DNA of 64,000 bases from Candidatus Daviesbacteria bacterium (lineage in GTDB: Bacteria > Patescibacteriota > Microgenomatia > Daviesbacterales > UBA10151). The stretch's first letter is position 1. Every line of letters begins with the position of its first letter. This document shows, piece by piece, positions 56,969 through 64,000 of this stretch. The stretch spans positions 94,616 through 158,615 of the forward strand of contig JACPKL010000010.1 of assembly GCA_016187035.1 (NCBI GenBank), read 5' to 3'. The notes under the pieces were generated by a model. That model searched no databases. It was not told the DNA's origin and saw nothing but the letters and a program-made list of their open reading frames with translations. The translations under genes and the position numbers were made by a program.

Positions 56969-57340
56969 ATGTTACTAAAAATTATTTCTGCTCTGATTTG
57001 CTGGGGGGCTTTTACCCTGGCTATTATCAAAATTCCTTATCCTGAGACTCTAAGCCAAGCTAATATTATTCAATTACTGGCCTTATTTATCCCATTATTT
57101 GTAGCTATTACTTTCACTTTTAATATTTTCCTAAAAAATATTTTTGTTTCCGGTTCTATATCTTTGGGTTTAATTTTTTTACTTATTCTCAAATCCCTGG
57201 ATTCACTCAATGCAGTTACAGGTATTTTAATCATAATTATTATGTATTTACTGATAAGCTACTTTAAGAAAAAGAAAGGGGGCAGTTTGACTAAATGGCC
57301 AAAAATCCCTAAACTTACAAGACTTAAGAAAAAATCATGA
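56969..57340 (+). CDS. Four-TM hypothetical membrane protein
   Basis: Hydrophobic ORF overlapping the metG start. Confidence 0.7.
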   Translation: MLLKIISALICWGAFTLAIIKIPYPETLSQANIIQLLALFIPLFVAITFTFNIFLKNIFVSGSISLGLIFLLILKSLDSLNAVTGILIIIIMYLLISYFKKKKGGSLTKWPKIPKLTRLKKKS

Positions 57341-58743
57341 ATAAATATTACATAACTAGCACTTTACCTTATGTTAATGCCGAACCGCATTATGGCTTTG
57401 CTATGGAAATAGTACAGGCAGATATTGTTGCTAGGTATCATAGATTAATCGGTGATGAAGTTATTTTTAATACCGGCACAGATGAACATGGTATAAAAAT
57501 TTATAGAGCCGCATTAAAACAAGGAAAGAATTCTCAAGATTACGTTGATGAATATGCAGCTAAGTTCGATGGACTTAAACAGGCTTTAAATTTAAGTTAT
57601 ACAAATTTTTTAAGAACTAGTAGTTCACAGCATAAAAAAGCTGCACAAGAATTTTGGAGGAGGTGTTTTAACAATGGTGATATTTATAAAAAGAATTATA
57701 AAGTTAAATATTGTATTGGTTGTGAATTAGAAAAAACTGAATCGGAATTACAAAATAACAAATGCCCAATACATCCAAATTTAGAAATAGAAATAATAGA
57801 AGAAGAAAATTATTTTTTTAAATTTTCCAAATACCAAAAACGTCTTCTGGATCTATATGAAAAAAATCCTCAATTTGTATCACCGGATTTTCGCTTAAAA
57901 GAAATTAAGGAATTTGTTTCTTCTGGTTTACAGGATTTCAGTATTTCCAGGCTTAAAGAAAAATTACCATGGGGAGTCGATGTTCCAAGTGATCCAAAAC
58001 ATGTTTTCTATGTTTGGTTCGACGCGCTTGTAAGCTATATTTCCACTCTGGGCTGGCCTGATGACGAGAAAACATTTAATGATTTCTGGCCAGTCGTGCA
58101 AATGGCTGGCAAAGATAATTTAAGACAACAATCAGCAATGTGGCAAGCAATGTTAATGTCTGCAGGATTACCAAATTCTAAACAGATAATTATACATGGG
58201 TTTATTACTAATAATGGTCAAAAAATGAGCAAGAGCTTAGGAAATGTGATAGACCCCTTTGAATTAGTAAACAAGTATGGAACAGACGCTGTACGCTTCT
58301 TTATCGCCCATGATCTAAATACTTTTGAAGATAGTGATATAACAATAGAAGGAATTCACCAAAGTTATAATGCTAATTTGGCTAATGGATTGGGAAATTT
58401 AGTGGCCAGAGTTGCCAAGCTTTGTGAGAAAAACAATATTGAAGCAGATCAAAACTCTAATATCTGGTGTGCTGATTTGGAAAAGTTCATGGGGGAGTTT
58501 AAATTTAATGAAGCTATATTTGTAATCTGGCAGTTGATTACCCAAACAGATAAAAAAATTAACCAGGAAAAACCTTGGCAGGCTTCCGGTGATAAATTAA
58601 GGGAAGTTCTGCAAGACCTGGTGAAAAGAATTCAGGCTATTGGATTTAACCTGCAGCCTTTTATGCCTGAAACTGCCCAAAAAATATTAAAACAATTTTC
58701 AGGACAAATTAAATCTTCATCTCCGCTATTTCCCAGAATTTAA
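57337..58743 (+). CDS. metG: Methionine--tRNA ligase (short form)
   Basis: LPYVN..PH, TGTDEHG, YVWFDAL, KMSKSLGN. Confidence 0.96.
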   Translation: MNKYYITSTLPYVNAEPHYGFAMEIVQADIVARYHRLIGDEVIFNTGTDEHGIKIYRAALKQGKNSQDYVDEYAAKFDGLKQALNLSYTNFLRTSSSQHKKAAQEFWRRCFNNGDIYKKNYKVKYCIGCELEKTESELQNNKCPIHPNLEIEIIEEENYFFKFSKYQKRLLDLYEKNPQFVSPDFRLKEIKEFVSSGLQDFSISRLKEKLPWGVDVPSDPKHVFYVWFDALVSYISTLGWPDDEKTFNDFWPVVQMAGKDNLRQQSAMWQAMLMSAGLPNSKQIIIHGFITNNGQKMSKSLGNVIDPFELVNKYGTDAVRFFIAHDLNTFEDSDITIEGIHQSYNANLANGLGNLVARVAKLCEKNNIEADQNSNIWCADLEKFMGEFKFNEAIFVIWQLITQTDKKINQEKPWQASGDKLREVLQDLVKRIQAIGFNLQPFMPETAQKILKQFSGQIKSSSPLFPRI

Positions 58744-58785
58744 GTATTAGAGGAATTAGGAGGATTAGAAGGATTAGGGATTAAA
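58743..58785. repeat. Nonamer-periodic intergenic repeat
   Basis: AGTATTAG AGGAATTAG GAGGATTAG AAGGATTAG GGATTA. Confidence 0.7.
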
Positions 58786-58786
58786 A

Positions 58787-59602
58787 ATGTTAATTGATAC
58801 ACATGCTCATCTATACTGGGATAGCTTTAAAGAAGACTTTGATCAAGTTATCAAACGCTCTATTAAGGCTGGGGTTACCACTATTATTAATAGTGGAGTT
58901 GATATTAAATTATCACAAGCAGCAGTAGAGCTAGAATCAGAAAAAATTAAATTTTATTCTACTATTGGTATCCATCCACATGACTCTGTAAATTATTTTT
59001 CTAATTCCACTGAATCCATACATAGGGACATAGAGAGATTAAAACAAATATATCAAAATAACTCAGCTAAAGTAGTTGCTGTTGGGGAGTGTGGATTAGA
59101 TTATTTATTTGATCATGCAGGATTACTGCCCTCTCCTATATCAAAAAATCAAGCCAAGAAGTTGCAGAGGCAGCTTTTCCAAGCTCAGATTGATTTGGCA
59201 AAAAAGTTAAAGCTGCCATTAATAGTTCATTGCAGGGAAGCTTGGGATGAAGTTTTGGGGATGACTAAAGATTGGTATGGTGTTTACCATTGTTATTCTG
59301 GTCTCCCCCATAATACTAAATACATAATACATAATACTAATTTCCTGGTTTCTTTTGCAGCCAATATCACTTATCCTAAAAATGAATACTTAAGGCAAGC
59401 AGCCAAAACATTACCTTTAGAAAAAATTATTTTAGAAACAGACTCACCTTTTTTATCTCCCCAGTCAAAAAGAGGCCAAAGGAATGAACCAGCCAATGTC
59501 TTAGAAGTCGCCCAATTAGTTGCTGATATTAAAGGAGTTTCTTTAGAAGAAGTAGCCCACCAAACTAGTAAAAATGTTAAAATATTATTCAATTTAAGAT
59601 AA
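58787..59602 (+). CDS. tatD: TatD-family DNase
   Basis: DTHAHL, GIHPH, VGECGLDY, VHCRE, HCYSG, LETDSPFL. Confidence 0.95.
   Translation: MLIDTHAHLYWDSFKEDFDQVIKRSIKAGVTTIINSGVDIKLSQAAVELESEKIKFYSTIGIHPHDSVNYFSNSTESIHRDIERLKQIYQNNSAKVVAVGECGLDYLFDHAGLLPSPISKNQAKKLQRQLFQAQIDLAKKLKLPLIVHCREAWDEVLGMTKDWYGVYHCYSGLPHNTKYIIHNTNFLVSFAANITYPKNEYLRQAAKTLPLEKIILETDSPFLSPQSKRGQRNEPANVLEVAQLVADIKGVSLEEVAHQTSKNVKILFNLR
59309..59341 (+). repeat. In-frame heptamer tract in tatD (HNTKYIIHNTN)
   Basis: CATAATA CTAAATA CATAATA CATAATA CTAAT. Confidence 0.8.
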
Positions 59603-59608
59603 AAGTTT

Positions 59609-61384
59609 ATGCGAATTATCCTGGTCTTTTTTATTGGTTTCTTGTCATTTTTTTATCTATCTGAAATCCTGTCACGTCTGACTAAAAGTCTTCGTTATAG
59701 TATTGGAGGGATGATTTTAGCGCTATCAGGATTAATGATAGGGCTTTTTGGCCGTAATATTTTGGGCGAAAGCCTTAATATTCTAACCTCTTTTTTCTTG
59801 ATTGGATCAGGTCTTGGCCTAATATTGCATCATCTTTTATCTCAACGTTTTATTCTTTTTGAAAGAGTAGAACGGGAATTTGTCATAAAGCATGAAAGTG
59901 CTTTTGAGAGAATTTTGGAAATTCTACCTGGTAGTATAACCTGGCTTGCCTTGACCTCTCCGATTTGGTTAGCATTTACTTTACCTTATGCTGTTGCTTA
60001 TTTAATCTTAATTGCAGATGTTTACTGGTTACTTTCCGCCTTAAGGATTGGTATATTCATTTTAATTGGATTCCGAAAAATGGAACACACCAAAAAACAA
60101 AATTGGTCAAACTTATTAAAAAAAGATTTCCCAAAAGATTATCAAAAGTTTTATCACTTAGTATTAATTCCCACTTTTAAAGAAGCTCTTTATATTCTTG
60201 CTCCAACATTTGATGCTATTTTAAAATCAACTTATCCTAAAGATAGAATCTTTTTGGCAGTTGGATTTGAAGAAAGAGACGACCCTGAGAAGATTTCCCA
60301 AACAACTGATTATTTACAAAAGATTAAAGGTCAATTAGCAGGCGTTTTTACAACTATTCATCCTTTTGATCTACCTGGAGAGGTACCAGGCCAAGGTTCG
60401 AACAAAAACTGGATGATTAAACAGATTGTTCCCCAACTTCAGAAAGAAGGTATCAAACTCGAAGATATTTTTGTCACAACCCTGGATGCTGATTTTGTTA
60501 TACATCCACAATTTTTATCAGGTGCATTATATAAATATCTATCAGAACCTGATATTACCCGAGATAAACGTTCGTTTACTGGAGTATTCTTATACCATAA
60601 TAATTACTGGCAAACTCCTGCGCCAATGAGATTAATGGCATCAGGAACATCTTTTTGGCAACTAGCTGAAATGGTAGGTTCTGATAAATACATGAATTAT
60701 TCCTCTATGTCTATCTCTTTAAAAGCGCTTTTAGATATTGGCGGTTGGATACCTGATAAAGTTAACGATGATAATGGTTTTTATTGGAAAGCCTATTTTC
60801 ATTTTAATGGTGATTATAAAGTCATTCCTCATTACTTACCTATTTCCGGCGATGCTGTTCAAGACACTACTCTACTTAAGACTTTCCAAAACCAATACTT
60901 TCAAATCAAAAGGTGGGCATATGGGGTAGAACATATCCCTTATATCATCAGACAATACTTCACTAACGAAATAGACTTTTGGGATAAAACAGATAAGGTG
61001 CTTTTCAAAATTTGGGGTGATTTAAAATGGGGGTTTTTAGCTTTGTTTGTGACATTCGGCAGTTTGTTTATTCCCTTGGTCAACCCAAATTTTAGGACAT
61101 CTGTACTGTCTATAAACTTGCCGATTATCTCTTCCTGGATATTAACTATCGCATTTTTTGGATTATTTGCCACTATTTTTGTCCATGAAAAAATAGTCCC
61201 GAAAAGACCATCAAGTTGGTCCTCTTTCAAAAAAATATGGTCTTATATCCAGTGGTTATTAGTACCTATTATCTTAATTACTATTTCATCCCTTCCAGCA
61301 ATAGATGCTCAAACTTCTTTGATGTTTGGTAAAAAATTGGAGTTTAGAGTAACTAACAAAGCTCGATTACTAGAAAAGGTTTAG
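59609..61384 (+). CDS. Membrane GT2-family glycosyltransferase
   Basis: TTLDAD, Q..RWAYG motif, multiple TMs. Confidence 0.85.
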   Translation: MRIILVFFIGFLSFFYLSEILSRLTKSLRYSIGGMILALSGLMIGLFGRNILGESLNILTSFFLIGSGLGLILHHLLSQRFILFERVEREFVIKHESAFERILEILPGSITWLALTSPIWLAFTLPYAVAYLILIADVYWLLSALRIGIFILIGFRKMEHTKKQNWSNLLKKDFPKDYQKFYHLVLIPTFKEALYILAPTFDAILKSTYPKDRIFLAVGFEERDDPEKISQTTDYLQKIKGQLAGVFTTIHPFDLPGEVPGQGSNKNWMIKQIVPQLQKEGIKLEDIFVTTLDADFVIHPQFLSGALYKYLSEPDITRDKRSFTGVFLYHNNYWQTPAPMRLMASGTSFWQLAEMVGSDKYMNYSSMSISLKALLDIGGWIPDKVNDDNGFYWKAYFHFNGDYKVIPHYLPISGDAVQDTTLLKTFQNQYFQIKRWAYGVEHIPYIIRQYFTNEIDFWDKTDKVLFKIWGDLKWGFLALFVTFGSLFIPLVNPNFRTSVLSINLPIISSWILTIAFFGLFATIFVHEKIVPKRPSSWSSFKKIWSYIQWLLVPIILITISSLPAIDAQTSLMFGKKLEFRVTNKARLLEKV

Positions 61385-61385
61385 T

Positions 61386-61718
61386 ATGTTAAAATTTAGG
61401 ATGAATTATTGGCTATATTTTACCCCCTTTTTTTTAGCTTTACTGATTACTTTATTTATTGAAGTTTTTAGTAAGTTTTTACCTCCTAGGCTACCTCTTT
61501 TTTACTCACTTCCTTGGGGGGAAAAACAGCTTGCTAATAGCCAGCAATTACTGATTATTCCTGCCATTATTATTTTAGTCACACTCTGTAATGTAATTAT
61601 TTCCTGGCAACTTCATACCTCTCAAATATTTTTCAAAAGAATTTTACTTTTTTCTTCAATCCTAGTTTGCCTAATATTAACTATTACATTTCTAAAAATA
61701 ATATTAATTTTTATCTAA
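61386..61718 (+). CDS. Small membrane protein (DUF1648-like)
   Basis: LPP.LPLFYSLPWG, three TMs. Confidence 0.65.
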   Translation: MLKFRMNYWLYFTPFFLALLITLFIEVFSKFLPPRLPLFYSLPWGEKQLANSQQLLIIPAIIILVTLCNVIISWQLHTSQIFFKRILLFSSILVCLILTITFLKIILIFI

Positions 61719-61721
61719 AAA

Positions 61722-62771
61722 ATGGATTTTTTTCTACCTGCCACTATTTCTTTTATTATCACAGTTTTAATAATTCCTCCTACTATTAAACTTGCCAAGA
61801 AATTTAATCTAGTAGATAATCCAAAATTAAGACCTCATCCAGCTCATATACAAAACCGTATTGTCCCAAGAATTGGAGGTTTACCAATTTTCACCGCACT
61901 TTTTCTTACTATCCTGATCTTCACTCCTTTTGAAAAGGAGACAGTTGGAATACTAATTGGTTTAATTATTCTTATTATAATCGGCATAATGGATGATAAA
62001 TTTCAGAACTTATCCCCATACATTAGATTAGTAAGCCAATTCTTTGCAGCCCTAGCAATAGTCATAAGCGGAGTTGGGATAAATTTTATTACTAATCCTT
62101 TAGGAGGTATTCTTCATCTTGATATAATCGAATTCTTACCAAGTATCTTAGCGGTCTTTTGGATTGTTTGGGTAATGAATATGATTAATTGGTCAAAAGG
62201 AGTTGATGGACAAATGCCTGGAATCGTAACAGTTTCAGCCATCACTTTAGGACTGCTCTCTTTAAAACTGACTACCCAGCAAGATTTATCGCAAGAAAAT
62301 ATTGCCAAACTCTCGTTTATCACTGCAGGAAGCGCTTTTGGTTTGTTAATTTTTAACTGGCATCCAGCCAAAATTTTCCCTGGATTCTCTGGTTCAACAA
62401 TTTTAGGATTTATGTTAGCGGTTCTGGCCATTTTATCAGGGGCAAAACTAGCCACACTTGGATTAGTCCTTTTAATCCCAGCTACTGATTTTGCTTATAC
62501 TTTTTTTAGAAGAATTTTGCAGGGTAAATCACCTGTTTGGGGAGACAGAGGTCATCTGCATCACAAACTTTTAGAAAAAGGCTTTACACATCAGCAAATC
62601 TCCTTGTTTTACATTTTAGGATCTGTTATCTTAGGGGCAGTTGCACTAAATTTATCCTCGCAGGATAAATTATTTGCAGCCAGTTTAATAGCAGGAATAT
62701 TATTAGGAACTATTTTATGGCTAAATTTCTTTGGGGGTTTATCAAAGCAATCAGACCCAGACAATGGATAA
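61722..62771 (+). CDS. WecA/TagO-like undecaprenyl-phosphate GlcNAc-1-P transferase (MraY-like GT4 family)
   Basis: PRIGG, GIMDD, N..KGVDG, FNWHPAKIF.G..GS, DRGHLHHKL. Confidence 0.9.
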   Translation: MDFFLPATISFIITVLIIPPTIKLAKKFNLVDNPKLRPHPAHIQNRIVPRIGGLPIFTALFLTILIFTPFEKETVGILIGLIILIIIGIMDDKFQNLSPYIRLVSQFFAALAIVISGVGINFITNPLGGILHLDIIEFLPSILAVFWIVWVMNMINWSKGVDGQMPGIVTVSAITLGLLSLKLTTQQDLSQENIAKLSFITAGSAFGLLIFNWHPAKIFPGFSGSTILGFMLAVLAILSGAKLATLGLVLLIPATDFAYTFFRRILQGKSPVWGDRGHLHHKLLEKGFTHQQISLFYILGSVILGAVALNLSSQDKLFAASLIAGILLGTILWLNFFGGLSKQSDPDNG

Positions 62772-63649
62772 AAAACTTTGCTGTTTTTGCAGCATTAATC
62801 TTTTCCGGAACACTACTTGATCCAACAAACCAACTTAAAAGCCTTGAAGCCTTTTTACTGTTTTGCGTTTTTTCATCAGCTACCTATCTTTTAAATGATA
62901 TTTTTGATATTGAAAGGGATAAGTTACACCCGTTTAAAAAGAAGCGGCCGATTGCTTCGGGATTAATTCCCCTGCCTTTAGCTTTAACGCTGGCACTGTT
63001 TTCAATCATCATCTCTTTGCCTCTGGCATATAGACTTTCTCCTGCTTTTTTCTTTGCCTCGCTTAGCTATTTAATTTTGCAGCTTTTTTATTCATCTTAC
63101 TTAAAACAAATTATCCTGCTTGATGTTTTAGTAATTGCTGCCGGATTTGTTTTACGGGTCTACGGCGGAGTTTGGGTCATAGATGCCCACTTAAATGTCT
63201 GGTTTTTATTATCAGTGACATCTTTTGCTCTTTTCCTTGCTATTGGAAAGAGAAGGTCTGAGAGAACTCTAATGGAGGGACAAGCACCAGCCCACCGGGA
63301 AACTTTACTTCATTATCCGGAAAATCTATTGGACAGCCTAACAGGCATGTTTGCTACTTCTGCCTGGTTAACTTATGCTTTTTTTGCTTTTTTACAACCC
63401 CCTATTCAAGCCCGCCGGGCTATTAACAATCTCTTGGGAGGGTTTGAATTACCTTTTTCTGAAGCAAAATATTTAATGGCTACTGTACCTATCGTTATTT
63501 ATGCGGTAATGAGATACTTATATATTATCTACGAGAAAAAAGAAGGCGAATCCCCGGAAAGAGTCTTGCTTTCTGACAAACCCTTGCTTGTCACTGTTAT
63601 CATCTGGACAATTTTGGTTATAGGAATTATCTATTACTTAGGAGCCTGA
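62717..63649 (+). CDS. UbiA-family decaprenyl-phosphate phosphoribosyltransferase-like protein
   Basis: RP.QW.KN, Y..ND..D...D..HP.K..RP.ASG, KRRSE. Confidence 0.9.
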   Translation: MAKFLWGFIKAIRPRQWIKNFAVFAALIFSGTLLDPTNQLKSLEAFLLFCVFSSATYLLNDIFDIERDKLHPFKKKRPIASGLIPLPLALTLALFSIIISLPLAYRLSPAFFFASLSYLILQLFYSSYLKQIILLDVLVIAAGFVLRVYGGVWVIDAHLNVWFLLSVTSFALFLAIGKRRSERTLMEGQAPAHRETLLHYPENLLDSLTGMFATSAWLTYAFFAFLQPPIQARRAINNLLGGFELPFSEAKYLMATVPIVIYAVMRYLYIIYEKKEGESPERVLLSDKPLLVTVIIWTILVIGIIYYLGA

Positions 63650-63652
63650 ATG

Positions 63653-63685
63653 GACATAAATGTGGACGATCGTATTAATGTATGG
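63653..63685. repeat. 32-bp ACGATCGT-core palindrome
   Basis: GACATAAATGTGGACGATCGTATTAATGTATGG. Confidence 0.85.
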
Positions 63686-63690
63686 GGTAA

Positions 63691-63825
63691 GAACCCCCTA
63701 TTCAAGGCAGGGCCAACCAGGCAATTCTTAAAACACTGGCAGAATATTTTCAAGTCCCAATTTCCTCTGTCTCCCTGGTCTCAGGCTACACCTCCAAACA
63801 AAAAATAATTAATATTGAGGCATAA
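63691..63825 (+). pseudogene. DUF167 (YggU/UPF0235) gene lacking its 5' part
   Basis: Manual translation EPPIQGRANQAILKTLAEYFQVPISSVSLVSGYTSKQKIINIEA*; in-frame stop just upstream, 5' end occupied by the ACGATCGT palindrome. Confidence 0.7.
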
Positions 63826-63866
63826 ACAATTAGTTAACCAGGGCAATCTCTGAAGAAGGTTTTCCT

Positions 63867-63998
63867 TCAATCTTTTATGTAATTAAGCCCTCTTCTTCCC
63901 AGTGAGTGAACTTTCCATACCCCTGTACCAAAAGCTAACACCACTCCAACCAGATTTCCCAAAACCAGATTTGTTCCATCCTGATCAAGTTGATTAAA
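63867..63998 (-). CDS. Possible 3' end of a membrane protein gene running off the window
   Basis: Open frame FNQLDQDGTNLVLGNLVGVVLAFGTGVWKVHSLGRRGLNYIKD*. Confidence 0.3.
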   Translation of the reverse strand, partial: FNQLDQDGTNLVLGNLVGVVLAFGTGVWKVHSLGRRGLNYIKD

Positions 63999-64000
63999 GT

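Noticed and set aside
1-64000. Alternative genetic code (TGA=Gly as in Gracilibacteria/Absconditabacteria)
   Set aside because: Conserved genes translate full-length with the standard code, and TGA terminates genes such as rnj and nusA.

Overview
AT-rich chromosomal segment of a bacterium, most likely Patescibacteria/CPR and Microgenomates-like. That assignment is an inference from the short IF-2, AAA-only Lon, degenerate DHH and NadE homologues, MQKGF-type pilin-like proteins and an FN3-dockerin protein. The core is housekeeping: alaS (partial), rodZ-like, tsaC, ftsK, rnj, pnp-rpsO, nusA-infB, hrcA-grpE-dnaK-dnaJ with CIRCE, lepA, murJ, rpsT, pilN/O, holA, tpiA, pcrA, femX-like, sbcDC, metG, tatD and cell-envelope glycosyltransferases. 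It is interspersed with four intact toxin-antitoxin pairs and several deletion-chimera pseudogenes. The most striking signal is several families of small repeats that have entered essential genes in frame. (1) GTCAT...ATGAC palindromic elements sit in pcrA, femX, sbcD and grpE; the same termini bracket a stand-alone GIY-YIG nuclease and a methyltransferase cassette inserted between dnaK and dnaJ. (2) CCCTGAGC..CGAAGGG hairpins, some nested, sit in dnaJ, grpE, pepP and others. (3) A 32-bp CCA-N9-ACGATCGT-N9-TG(G/T) palindrome occurs five times, at or beside gene truncations or altered gene ends. (4) 7-, 8- and 9-bp periodic repeats form long intergenic inverted repeats and in-frame tracts. No rRNA, tRNA or CRISPR array was recognised.
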